NCBI GenBank assembly: GCA_035699445.1
Contig: DASSPX010000123.1
Location: 35,777-99,776, forward strand
DNA length: 64,000 nucleotides
Reading direction: 5' to 3'
Origin: Candidatus Limnocylindrales bacterium
GTDB lineage: Bacteria; Chloroflexota; Limnocylindria; Limnocylindrales; CSP1-4
The position numbers and the translations under genes were made by a program. Positions 45,221-54,589 of this stretch are shown piece after piece. The notes beneath the pieces are model-generated. The model saw only the letters and a list, made by a program, of their open reading frames with translations, did no database searches and was not told where the DNA came from. Each line of letters starts with the position of its first letter. Position 1 is the stretch's first letter.

Positions 45221-47917
45221 ATGCCCGCCACGCTTCCCACCGGGCCGCTCGTGTTCTGCTTCACGGACATCGAGGGCTCGACCCGGCTCGTGCTCGATCT
45301 GGGCACCGATCGCTGGGAGCCCCTGCTCGCCCGTCATCGGGCGCTGCTGCGCGCCGCCATCGCGGGGCATGGCGGCCACGAGGTGCTGACGGAGGGGGAC
45401 GGGTTCTTCGTCGTGTTCACCGATCCGGTGGCGGCCGTGAGCGCTGCCGCCGACGTCCAGCGCGTCATGGCCGGCGAGGGGTGGCCGGCCGAGGCGCCGA
45501 TCCGGGTGCGGATCGGGCTCCACCTCGGTGACGGTCGGCTGGACGCGGACGGGACGTACGTCGGCGGCGACGTCCACCGTGCGGCGCGCATCGCCGCCGC
45601 GGGCCATGGCGGCCAGATCGTCTGCTCCGGGGAGCTCGCTGCCGCCGTTGCGGGTCGCCTTCCCGCCGGACTCGACCTCCGCTCGCAGGGCGAGCACCGG
45701 CTGAAGGACCTGCGCCCCGAACCGCTGTGGGACGTCGTCGTCGCCGGCCTGCCCTCGGACTTCCCGCCGATCCGCTCGCTCGATGCCCGGCCGAACAACC
45801 TGCCGGTCCAGCTCACGACGTTCGTCGGCCGGGAGCGGGAGCTGGCCGATGCGCTCGGGTTGCTCGATCGGAACCGGCTGGTGACGCTCACCGGGCCCGG
45901 CGGGACCGGCAAGACACGGCTGGCGCTCCACGTCGCGGCAAACGCGGCCGAGCGATTCGCGGACGGCGTGTGGTTCGTGCCCCTCGACACCGTCGTGGAC
46001 CCGACGCACGTCCTGCCCGCCGTCGCGACCGTGCTCCGCCTCCGCGAGCGCCCCGGCGTGGCCCACGCGTCGCTCATCGTCGAGGCGCTCGCCGGCCGAC
46101 GGGTGCTGCTCGTGCTCGACAACCTCGAGCAGGTGCTCGCCGCGGGGCCCTCGATCGCCGCGCTCCTCCGGGAGCTGCCGCTGCTCAAGGTGCTGGCCAC
46201 GAGCCGGGCCGTCCTCCGGGTCTCCGGCGAGCAGGAGCTGCCCGTGCCCGGCCTGCCGGTTCCGGAGCTGCCCGATCAGCGCACGGTCGCCCACGCCGGC
46301 GGCGGTCGACCCCGGACCGTGGACGAGCTCATGGCGTTCGACGCGGTCGGGCTGTTCGTGGCACGGGCGCAGGCCGCGCGGCCGGGGTTCGAGCTGTCGC
46401 CCGACAACGCGGTCGCGGTCGCCGCGATCTGCGCCCGGCTGTCGGGCATGCCGCTCGCGATCGAGCTCGCGGCGGCCCGGGTGCGGGTGCTCCCGCCGGC
46501 GACGATCCTCGAGCGGCTGTCACGAACGCTCGACCTGCTCACCGGCGGCGCGCGCGACCTCCCGGCGCGGCAGCAGAGCCTGCGCGGCGCGATCACGTGG
46601 AGCTACGAGGTGCTCGACGAGGCGTGCCGGCGCCTGCTCGAGCGGCTGGCCGTGTTCGCGGGCGGCGCGGCGCTCGAGGACGCAGAGGCGGTCTGCGGCC
46701 CGGCCGACGAGCTCGGCCAGGAGGTCATCGACGGGCTCGTCTCGCTTGCCGAGCAGAGCCTGATCCGGATCGACGCCGACACGCCCGGGTCGGCCACGGG
46801 CGGGCCACGCTACTCGCTCCTCGTGCCGATCCGCGAGTTCGCGCTCGAGCAGCTCGAGGCACGGGGCGAGGCCGCCGGGGTCCGGCGGCGCCATGCCACG
46901 AGGTTCCTCGAGCTCGTCGAGCTCGCCGCGCCGAACCTGACGGGACTCGATCGCGGCCGGTGGCTCGACCGGCTCGACGTGGAGCTCGAGAACCTGCGCG
47001 GGGCGCTCGACCACCTGATCGCGACGAGCGACGCAGCGGGCGCCTGGCGCTTCGTGGCCGCCGCATGGCGGTTCTGGCAGGTCCGCGGCCACATGGCCGA
47101 GGAGATCGCGCGCGTAAAGGCGGCGCTGGTGCTGCCTGCAGCGGAGGCGGACCTGGAGCTGCGCCTCCGCGCGGTCTCGGCGCTCGGCGGCCTGTGGTGG
47201 TGGATGGGCGATCACGACGCGTCGGCGGCGGCGTACCGGGAGGTGCTCGACGCCCGCCGCGCGCAGGGTGACGACGCGGCGATTGCCGCCGCGCTGTACG
47301 ACTACGGGTTCCCGCGCCAGTTCCGGAGCCCGGAGGAGGCGATGGCGGGGTTCGAGGAAGCGCGGGAGCGGTACGCCCGGCTCGGCGACGCCGACGGCGA
47401 GGCACGCGCGTGGTGGGGCATCGCGAACGCGGCATGGGTGCGCGGCGAGCAGGAGCAGTCCCGCGAGGCGGCGCGGCGGGCGGCCGGGCACTTCCGGGCC
47501 GCTGGCCTCCCGTTCGACCTCGCCTGGTCGCTGTTCACGCTGGGGACCGTCGCGATCAGCCTTCGGGAGTTCGAGGAGGCGCACGCCTCGCTCGTCGACG
47601 CGCTGTCCCTGTTCGCGGAGGTCGACGATCTCAGCGGCGCGGCGCTCACGCTCGACGCGCTGTCGCTGGCGGCGTGGCTCCAGGACGATCGAATGCGGGC
47701 CGCCCGGCTCGCCGGCGCGGTCGCACGTCTCGAGCGCTCGACGGGCTTCGGGCTCAACCCGGCGAACCGGGCCGTCCACGGCTACGACCCGGCGTCCCTT
47801 CGCGACGACCCGGCGACAGCGTCCGCGTGGGCCGAGGGCGACGCGATGGACCTCGCGCGCGTGATCGAGCTCGCCCGGGACGCAAGGCCGCTCGGGGCCG
47901 GGTCGGCCACGCCATGA
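45221..47917 (+). CDS. class III adenylate/guanylate-cyclase (CHD) – NB-ARC/STAND ATPase – TPR protein (898 aa)
   Basis: N-terminus VFCFTDIEGSTRL...GHEVLTEGDGFFVVF...YVGGDVHRAARIAAAGHGGQIVCS is the cyclase homology domain. It is followed by P-loop LTGPGGTGKTRLAL, Walker B LLVLDNLEQV, then helical/TPR-like repeats. There is no C-terminal HTH. ATG 45221. Confidence 0.9.
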   Translation: MPATLPTGPLVFCFTDIEGSTRLVLDLGTDRWEPLLARHRALLRAAIAGHGGHEVLTEGDGFFVVFTDPVAAVSAAADVQRVMAGEGWPAEAPIRVRIGLHLGDGRLDADGTYVGGDVHRAARIAAAGHGGQIVCSGELAAAVAGRLPAGLDLRSQGEHRLKDLRPEPLWDVVVAGLPSDFPPIRSLDARPNNLPVQLTTFVGRERELADALGLLDRNRLVTLTGPGGTGKTRLALHVAANAAERFADGVWFVPLDTVVDPTHVLPAVATVLRLRERPGVAHASLIVEALAGRRVLLVLDNLEQVLAAGPSIAALLRELPLLKVLATSRAVLRVSGEQELPVPGLPVPELPDQRTVAHAGGGRPRTVDELMAFDAVGLFVARAQAARPGFELSPDNAVAVAAICARLSGMPLAIELAAARVRVLPPATILERLSRTLDLLTGGARDLPARQQSLRGAITWSYEVLDEACRRLLERLAVFAGGAALEDAEAVCGPADELGQEVIDGLVSLAEQSLIRIDADTPGSATGGPRYSLLVPIREFALEQLEARGEAAGVRRRHATRFLELVELAAPNLTGLDRGRWLDRLDVELENLRGALDHLIATSDAAGAWRFVAAAWRFWQVRGHMAEEIARVKAALVLPAAEADLELRLRAVSALGGLWWWMGDHDASAAAYREVLDARRAQGDDAAIAAALYDYGFPRQFRSPEEAMAGFEEARERYARLGDADGEARAWWGIANAAWVRGEQEQSREAARRAAGHFRAAGLPFDLAWSLFTLGTVAISLREFEEAHASLVDALSLFAEVDDLSGAALTLDALSLAAWLQDDRMRAARLAGAVARLERSTGFGLNPANRAVHGYDPASLRDDPATASAWAEGDAMDLARVIELARDARPLGAGSATP

Positions 47918-50604
47918 CGCGGGGGCCCCTCCCGTCGGGCACCGTCACGTTCCTGTTCACCGACGTCGAGGGCTCGACGCGCCTGGTCGCCGACATCGGC
48001 GACGACGCGTACCGGGAGCTCCTCGACACGACCCGGCAACTGATCGCCGGCCCGGTGACGGCCGAGGGTGGCGTCGTGTTCGGTGCCGAGGGCGACGCGC
48101 AGTTCGCCGCGTTCGGGTCGGCCGTCGACGGCATCCGCGCCGCCGCCGCGGCGCAGCGGGCGATCGCGGGGTATCCGTGGCCCGGGACGCAGCTCCGCGT
48201 GCGGATGGGGGTCCACACCGGCGCCGCCCAGGTCGTGGGCGACGACTACGTGGGGCTCGAGGTCCATCGCGCGGCCCGCGTCGCCGCCGCGGCCCATGGC
48301 GGCCAGGTGCTCGTCTCTGGCTCGAGCCGCGCCCTCGCCTCGGAGGCGGCCCTCGATGGGCTGGGCTTCCGTGACCTGGGCGACCACCGCCTCAAGGACC
48401 TGGCCGTCCCGGAGCGGCTGTTCCAGCTCACCGGCGACGATCTCGAACCGACGTTTCCCCCGCCGCGCACGCTCGACGCCTCCCCGAACAACCTGCCTCC
48501 GCAGCTGACGCCGTTCGTCGGGCGCGCGGAGGTCGACACGATCGGGCGGGTGATCGACGAGGCACGTCTGGTGACGCTCACGGGACCGGGCGGCACGGGC
48601 AAGACGCGACTGTCCCTCGAGCTCGCCGGCGCGCGCCTCGGCCGGTACACCGGCGGCGTCTGGTTCGTGCCCCTCGCGTCGATCCGCGACCCCGAGCTGG
48701 TCGCCTCCGCGATCGCGACCGCCGTCGGACTCGTCGCCCCGGGCCGGCCGCCGCTCGAACGCCTGATCGAGCATTTCCGTGACCGCGATGCGCTTGTCGT
48801 GCTCGACAACTTCGAGCAGGTCGTCGACGCCGCGCCGACCGTTTCGGCGCTGCTGGCGGGCGTGCCGGGCCTGCGCGTCGTCGTCACCAGCCGCGGGCCA
48901 CTGCGGATCGCCGGGGAGCGGGAGCTGCCCGTCCCGCCGCTCGCCGTGCCCGCGGTGAGCGAGCTGGATCCGGACGCCCTCGTCCAGGTCGAATCCGTGC
49001 GGCTGTTCGTCGAGCGGGCGATGGCCGTCCGCCCCGACTTCGTGCTGACGCCGGACAACGCGGCCGCGATCACCGAGATCGTCCATCGGCTCGATGGCCT
49101 GCCCCTCGCGATCGAGCTCGCGGCTGCCCGCGTCCGCCTGCTGCCGCCGGTCGCGCTCGCCCAACGGCTCGGGAGCCGGCTCGACCTCCTCGTCGGCGGC
49201 GATCGGGACCGGTCCGACCGGCAGCGAACACTCCGCGGCGCGATCGAGTGGAGCCACGACCTGCTCGATGCGCCGGCTCGCCTGGCGTTCGCGCGGCTGG
49301 GGGTGATCCGGGGGAGCGCACCGCTCGACGTCGCCGTGGAGCTGGCGGGGCCCGCGGACGAACTGGGCGCCGATCCCCTGGCGACGCTCGAGGCACTCCT
49401 CGACCAGAGCCTGGTGCGTGCGCTCCCGGGCGAATCCGGCGAGTCGCGCATCTCGATGCTCGAAACGATCCGCGAGTACGCGCTCGAACGGCTCACCGAG
49501 CTGGGCGAGACGGAGCGGCTTCGGGACCGGCACGCCGCGATCTACGAGCGGCTCGCCGCGGAGCTCAGCCGGAGCCTCTACGGCCGGAACCGGCGCCAGG
49601 TGCTCGATCGATACGAGCTCGAGCATGACGACCTGCGCGCGGCGCTCGAGTGGCGGATCGCGCAGGACGACTGCGAGCGTGCGGCGGCACTCCTCGTGTC
49701 CACGTGGCGGTTCTGGCAGGCGCGGGGCCACATCGAGGAGGGGCGGCAGCGTGCGGACGAGGTGCTGGAGATCGTCGGCTGGCCGACGACGCCGCCCGGG
49801 GCGCGGATCCAGGCCCTCGAGGCGGCGGGTGGCCTCGCGTACTGGGCGGGCGACCTGCCGCTCGCCCACCGCCGATACGCGGAGCAGCTCGAGATCGCCC
49901 GGCGGATCGATGAGCCCGCGCTGATCGCGAACGCGCTCCTCAATCTCGCCGCGAGCCCCACGGACGATCGCGACCAGACGGCGTGGATGGCGTCGGTCGC
50001 GTCGTCGCTCACGATGGCCGAGGAAGCCCTGGCCCGGTTTCGTGCCCTGGGTGACGAGGACGGCGAGGCCAGGGCGTTCTGGCAGGTGGGGGAGTCCCGG
50101 TTCTACCGCGGCGAGATCGATGCCGCCGAGGAGGCGCAGACCGCGGCGCTCGGAATCTTCGAGCGGCGGGGCGAGGAGTTCTGGTCCGCGTGGGCGAGGT
50201 TCACCCGCGGGCTCTCCCGCTGGACGCGAGGCGACGTCGCCGGCCTGCTGACCGATGCGCGCGCGGCGCTCGAGCGCTTCGAGCGCGCTGGCGACCTGTC
50301 CGGTCTCGCGCTCCTCGGGATCCTCCTCGCCGCGGTGCTCCACGACCGGGGGCTCCAACGTGAGGCGCAGCGGCTGGCGGGCGCCGTCCAGGGCGTCATC
50401 GAGCGGTCCGGGGCGGGCCTCGGGCTGCTTGTCCCTGGCGGCGCGGATCGGCCGCTGCTCGACGCCCGCGCGGATCCCGCGCTGCGCGCCGAATGGGAGG
50501 CCGGGTTCGGGCTGGGACGGGATGAGGCGTTCGCGCTCGCGCTCGCCGCCACCGAGCCCGACGGCCTCGGCCCGGGTGTGGACCGCAGCCGGACGCCGGG
50601 GTAG
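47914..50604 (+). CDS. class III nucleotidyl-cyclase (CHD) – NB-ARC/STAND ATPase – TPR protein, paralog 2 (896 aa)
   Basis: Same architecture as the upstream gene (TFLFTDVEGSTRL...; LTGPGGTGKTRLSL; VVLDNFEQV; TPR-like C-terminus). The ATG overlaps the stop of paralog 1 (ATGA). Confidence 0.9.
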   Translation: MTRGPLPSGTVTFLFTDVEGSTRLVADIGDDAYRELLDTTRQLIAGPVTAEGGVVFGAEGDAQFAAFGSAVDGIRAAAAAQRAIAGYPWPGTQLRVRMGVHTGAAQVVGDDYVGLEVHRAARVAAAAHGGQVLVSGSSRALASEAALDGLGFRDLGDHRLKDLAVPERLFQLTGDDLEPTFPPPRTLDASPNNLPPQLTPFVGRAEVDTIGRVIDEARLVTLTGPGGTGKTRLSLELAGARLGRYTGGVWFVPLASIRDPELVASAIATAVGLVAPGRPPLERLIEHFRDRDALVVLDNFEQVVDAAPTVSALLAGVPGLRVVVTSRGPLRIAGERELPVPPLAVPAVSELDPDALVQVESVRLFVERAMAVRPDFVLTPDNAAAITEIVHRLDGLPLAIELAAARVRLLPPVALAQRLGSRLDLLVGGDRDRSDRQRTLRGAIEWSHDLLDAPARLAFARLGVIRGSAPLDVAVELAGPADELGADPLATLEALLDQSLVRALPGESGESRISMLETIREYALERLTELGETERLRDRHAAIYERLAAELSRSLYGRNRRQVLDRYELEHDDLRAALEWRIAQDDCERAAALLVSTWRFWQARGHIEEGRQRADEVLEIVGWPTTPPGARIQALEAAGGLAYWAGDLPLAHRRYAEQLEIARRIDEPALIANALLNLAASPTDDRDQTAWMASVASSLTMAEEALARFRALGDEDGEARAFWQVGESRFYRGEIDAAEEAQTAALGIFERRGEEFWSAWARFTRGLSRWTRGDVAGLLTDARAALERFERAGDLSGLALLGILLAAVLHDRGLQREAQRLAGAVQGVIERSGAGLGLLVPGGADRPLLDARADPALRAEWEAGFGLGRDEAFALALAATEPDGLGPGVDRSRTPG

Positions 50605-50613
50605 AGCCCCGGC
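50595..50613. terminator. GC-rich hairpin between convergent stop codons (possible bidirectional terminator)
   Basis: gccgggg-tagag-ccccggc: a 7-bp perfect stem with a 5-nt loop. It spans the TAG of cyclase paralog 2 and lies next to the punA stop. There is no U-tract, which is common in high-GC genomes. Confidence 0.3.
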
Positions 50614-51471
50614 TCAGCCGAGCGTCGCGATGAACCGCCGGAGGACGCGCGCCAGCCGCGGACCGGCCGCGGCGCCCGCTTCGAGCACCTCCTCGTGGCT
50701 GAGCGGCTCGCCCGTGTAACCCGCGCCGGCGTTCGTGATCAGCGACACGCCGCACACCCGCAGCCCGACCCAGCGCGCCGCGATCGCCTCGAGGACGGTC
50801 GACATCCCCACGGCGTCGGCGCCGAGCGTGCGGAGCATCCGGACCTCGGCCGGTGTCTCGTACGACGGACCGAGCAGCCCCACGTAGACGCCCTCCGCGA
50901 GCTCGACGCCCTCGGCATCCGCGGCGGCTCGCAGCCGCTCGCGGAGCGACGGGTCCCAGACCTCGGTGAGGTCGACGAACCGGGGCCCGAGCTCGTCGGC
51001 GTTCGGGCCGAGCAGCGGCGACCGGCCGGTGAGATTGAGGTGATCGCGGATGACCATCAGCGTGCCGGGTCCGAACGACGGATCGACGCCGCCCGAAGCG
51101 TTCGTGAGCACGACCGTCTCCGCGCCCAGGGCATGGAACAGGAGCACGGGCTGGACGACGAGCCCGGGCGCGTTGCCCTCGTACAGGTGGAAGCGGCCCT
51201 GGAGCATGACGACCGGCGTGCCGTCGATCCGCCCCAGCAGGAGCCGGCCGGTGTGGCCGGGCGCGGTGGCGGCCGGCCAGCCGGGCAGCTCATGGAACGG
51301 GATCGCGGCCGGGTCCTCGAGCTCGTCCGCGAGACCGCCCAGGCCGGAGCCGAGGATGACGCCCAGCCGCGGCACAAGATCGGTCCGGGCGCGCACGGCG
51401 GCCACGAGCGCGGCGACGCGCGCGGGCTGGTCGACCGGCGCAATCGGCGCGCCGGGATCGGGGACGGACAT
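50614..51471 (-). CDS. punA: purine nucleoside phosphorylase (trimeric PunA/MTAP family)
   Basis: VILGSGLGGLADELED...GRFHLYEGNAPG...VLTNASGGV...LGPSYETPAEVRMLRTLGADAVGMSTV are PNP family-2 signatures. Confidence 0.85.
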   Translation of the reverse strand: MSVPDPGAPIAPVDQPARVAALVAAVRARTDLVPRLGVILGSGLGGLADELEDPAAIPFHELPGWPAATAPGHTGRLLLGRIDGTPVVMLQGRFHLYEGNAPGLVVQPVLLFHALGAETVVLTNASGGVDPSFGPGTLMVIRDHLNLTGRSPLLGPNADELGPRFVDLTEVWDPSLRERLRAAADAEGVELAEGVYVGLLGPSYETPAEVRMLRTLGADAVGMSTVLEAIAARWVGLRVCGVSLITNAGAGYTGEPLSHEEVLEAGAAAGPRLARVLRRFIATLG

Positions 51472-51514
51472 GCGGGCCTCAGGATACGTCCAGGGGGTGA
51501 CGGCCGAGGCCCGC
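51472..51514 (-). promoter_or_regulatory. 5'-UTR hairpin that sequesters the punA ribosome-binding site
   Basis: GCGGGCCTC...(25 nt)...GAGGCCCGC immediately upstream of the punA AUG. The GAGG of the SD lies inside the 3' arm of the 9-bp stem. Confidence 0.35.
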
Positions 51515-51900
51515 AGGCTTCATGCGCCCGACGGGGTACCGACACCGGGATGCCGGTCAACACCCGCCGGGCGTCCCGCCGGCGGCCGGCCTGCGGTCGC
51601 AGCAGCGGGAACAGAAGCGCCCGAAGCGACCGGAGAGCGAAGGGCGTTGATGTGATCGCCGCCGCGTCGCCGGTGTGGCCTTGAGGTGATCTCAGCCTGC
51701 CGGGAGGAGCTCGCTTGATGCGATCGCTGCGGGCTCCGGTCCTCTATCGGCCCCTTCGGGCAGGGACAACAGTAGGCGGCCCGTGCCTCGCCGTCCAAGT
51801 GGGTTATCCACCGAGTGGCGGCCGGGGCCGGGCCGGGCATCCACCAGTTTTCCCCCGCTGTGGACGCGCTGTGGACGGCGCCGTGGAGAGACGGGCGGCG

Positions 51901-52959
51901 TCAGCCGCCGAGGGCGAACATCTCCACGCGGGGCAGGTCCGCGGTCGCCTCGGACCGGAGCTCCGAGTAGCGGTCGGTCCGGGGTGCCCAGATGCGCGAG
52001 ATGAGCGCCTCCAGCTCCGCGTCATCCGCACCGCCGCGCATCGGTCCGCGAAGGTCGTGGCCCTTCACCGCGAACAGGCACGTGTAGAGCATGCCGTCGG
52101 CGGCGAGCCTGGCACGAGTGCAGTCGGCGCAGAACGGGTGCGTCACCGACGCGATGATCCCCACCTCGCCGGAGCCGTCCCGGTAGCGGTACCGCCCGGC
52201 GACCTCGCCGCGGTAGTCGGGCTCCACCGGCTCGAGCGGGAACTCGGCGTCGATCCGTGCCACGAGCTCGTCCGCCGGAACGACGTCGTCCAGGCGCCAG
52301 CCGTTCGAATGGCCGACGTCCATGTACTCGATGAACCGGAGGACCAGCCCCTCCTCGCGCGCCCAGCGCACCATCGGCAGCACGCTGTCCTCGTTGAGGC
52401 CGCGCCGGACGACCATGTTCACCTTGATCGGCGCGAGGCCGGCGGCGCGCGCAGCGGCGATGCCGTCGAGCACCCGGGACACCGGGAAGTCGACCCCGTT
52501 CATCCGGCCGAACACCTCGTCGTCGAGCGAGTCGAGGCTGACGGTGATCCGCTGCAGGCCCGCCTCGGCGAGCGGTCCCGCGAGCGGGCGGAGCGCGGAC
52601 CCGTTCGTCGTCAGCGTGAGGTCGGTCGGCGTGCCGTCCGGCGCGGAGATCGCCGCGAGCTGGCGGACGAGGACGGGCAGGTCCCGGCGGACGAGCGGCT
52701 CACCCCCGGTGATCCGGAGCTTGTGCACCCCGAGTCCGACGAAGATCCGGGCGAGGCGGGTGATCTCCTCGAACTCCAGGACGAGCTCCCGCGGCAGGAA
52801 CGCGAAGTCGCGGCCGTACACCTCGGCGGGCATGCAGTAGCTGCAGCGGAAGTTGCACCGGTCGGTGACCGAGATCCGAAGGTCCCGCAGCGGGCGCGCG
52901 AACGCGTCGACGAGCGGCAGCGTGCGATCCGTCCTGGCGACCGTCGCGGGAGCGTCCAT
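51901..52959 (-). CDS. moaA: GTP 3',8-cyclase (molybdenum cofactor biosynthesis protein A)
   Basis: Radical-SAM cluster CNFRCSYC. The MoaA C-terminal Cys motif CADCTRARL. About 350 aa. Confidence 0.9.
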   Translation of the reverse strand: MDAPATVARTDRTLPLVDAFARPLRDLRISVTDRCNFRCSYCMPAEVYGRDFAFLPRELVLEFEEITRLARIFVGLGVHKLRITGGEPLVRRDLPVLVRQLAAISAPDGTPTDLTLTTNGSALRPLAGPLAEAGLQRITVSLDSLDDEVFGRMNGVDFPVSRVLDGIAAARAAGLAPIKVNMVVRRGLNEDSVLPMVRWAREEGLVLRFIEYMDVGHSNGWRLDDVVPADELVARIDAEFPLEPVEPDYRGEVAGRYRYRDGSGEVGIIASVTHPFCADCTRARLAADGMLYTCLFAVKGHDLRGPMRGGADDAELEALISRIWAPRTDRYSELRSEATADLPRVEMFALGG

Positions 52960-53234
52960 CGCGCGATGGTAGCCCTCCCGGCCCCGAAGGCTCGCGCGTC
53001 ACCCCGGCTGGGGCCGCACCGCACCGCATGCCGCGGCCGCGGTGCCGGCATGCACAGCCGGCGGTGCCCGGCGGCACGCGGCCCGAGACGCATGGCAGGC
53101 CGCCGGTACCATGGGGCGGCACAGGTGGTACCTCCTGTGGAGTCCACCACACCGGATCCCTCTCTATCGTCCTCATCGGACCCCGGTCACGCACCGGCCC
53201 GACTGTGCCCGACGTGGAGAGGACTCGATCCGAG

Positions 53235-54587
53235 ATGGCGACCACCGACGCGAAGACCGGCTTCCGGCTTCCCTGGACGGCCGAACGATCCGAGCACGCG
53301 GACGACGCTTCGTCCCACGGCGATCCCGCCGCGCCCGAGGCCTGGCCGGCTGCCGACGCAGCGCAGGTGACCGCCGACGCGCCAGCGCCGGATGCTGCCG
53401 TCACCGGCACCGCCCCCGGGGGCAACCCGCATCGTCGGCCCTCGAAGTTCCTCGCCGACCTCACGAAGGCGATGCAGGCCGCAGCCGAGCAGGCGCGCGA
53501 GCAGACGCTGACGCAGTTCCAGGCCGATGCGAAGGCCTTCGTCGAGCTCATCCACGAGACCTCGGCGGCCGACATCACCACGATCCGGTCTGCGGCCGAC
53601 GGCGACATCGCCGGCATCCGCGAATGGTCGAAGGCCGAGATCGCCCGAATCCGCGAGGAGACCGAGCAGCGGATCACGCAGCGCAAGAGCGAGCTCGAGC
53701 GGCAGCTCGAGGATCACGCAGCCTCGATCGAGGCGCGGATCGAGCGAGTCCACGGCACCGTCGCCGCGTTCGAATCCCGGATGGCCGCGTTCTTCGAACG
53801 GCTGCTCACCGAGGACGACCCCGGCGCGTTCGCATCGATGGCCGAGAACCTCCCGGAGCCGCCGCGGTTCGAGGACATCCTGCCCGAGGCCTTCAATGCC
53901 CCGGCTGCCGCCGCCCCCGCGGCCGTGGAGGCGCACGCCGCCCCCGAGGCTCCCGAGGCGGCCGTCGACGCGGCTGCCCCCGTCGATCATCAGCCCGAAG
54001 CCGAAGCCGAAGCGGAAGCGGAGCCCCCTGCCAACGCGGTTGCCGAAACCGTTGCCGAGGCGGAGCCCGTCGCCGAGGCGGACACGGCGTGGCCGGTCGC
54101 GGAGCAGGCGGAGGAAGCCGGGGACCAGGCGCCCTCCCCGGAGGTCGACGACACCACCAGCGCGATGGACCTTGACGCCGCCGAGGCCGAGGCCGCGCTC
54201 GCGTTTCGTGCCCAGGCGACCGCCGAATCCGCGGACGCGGAGGGTGGGCTCATGGATGCCTCGCTCATGCAGCGCCTTGCCGGCCTCGGGGTCTCGCTGG
54301 GCCCCGACCATGTGGGCGAGAACGTGTCCACCCAGGTCGTGGTCGTGGGTCTCGTGTCGGTCGCCTCGATCGCGTCGTTCAAGCGCCATCTGACCCGGGT
54401 CGACGGCATCGAGTCCGTGGGCGTCACGTCGGGTCCCGACGGCGAGTTCGTGTTCAATGTCGCCCACCGCGTCGACGTCGGCCTGGCCGAGGTCGTCACG
54501 ACCCTGCCGGGCTTCGGCGCCCGGGTCACCGACTCGGCGGACGGCGTCATCCACGTGACGGCGCACGATCCCGAGACGGACGCGTAG
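53235..54587 (+). CDS. coiled-coil / acidic low-complexity protein with conserved C-terminal ~90-aa domain (unknown function)
   Basis: GGAGAGGA upstream of ATG about 53235. Residues ~70-200 have heptad-like Ala/Glu/Arg/Gln-rich helices. A long E/A/P acidic linker (AEAEAEAEPPANAVAE...) follows. The C-terminal block is VSTQVVVVGLVSVASIASFKRHLTRVDGIESVGVTSGPDGEFVFNVAHRV. Confidence 0.6.
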   Translation: MATTDAKTGFRLPWTAERSEHADDASSHGDPAAPEAWPAADAAQVTADAPAPDAAVTGTAPGGNPHRRPSKFLADLTKAMQAAAEQAREQTLTQFQADAKAFVELIHETSAADITTIRSAADGDIAGIREWSKAEIARIREETEQRITQRKSELERQLEDHAASIEARIERVHGTVAAFESRMAAFFERLLTEDDPGAFASMAENLPEPPRFEDILPEAFNAPAAAAPAAVEAHAAPEAPEAAVDAAAPVDHQPEAEAEAEAEPPANAVAETVAEAEPVAEADTAWPVAEQAEEAGDQAPSPEVDDTTSAMDLDAAEAEAALAFRAQATAESADAEGGLMDASLMQRLAGLGVSLGPDHVGENVSTQVVVVGLVSVASIASFKRHLTRVDGIESVGVTSGPDGEFVFNVAHRVDVGLAEVVTTLPGFGARVTDSADGVIHVTAHDPETDA

Positions 54588-54589
54588 GC

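Noticed and set aside
51804-51812. DnaA-box-like TTATCCACC as evidence of a replication origin
   Set aside because: It is a single box with no AT-rich DUE and no dnaA/dnaN/gyrB context. A regulatory DnaA site at most; it is mentioned only within the intergenic finding.
51715-53370. ORF with an excellent SD (GGGAGGAG + 8 nt + ATG 51718) starting in the punA–moaA gap
   Set aside because: The reading frame continues for 551 codons antisense through the whole of moaA with junk composition. If anything is real it is only a short N-terminal peptide or a regulatory element, so it is kept as part of the intergenic finding.
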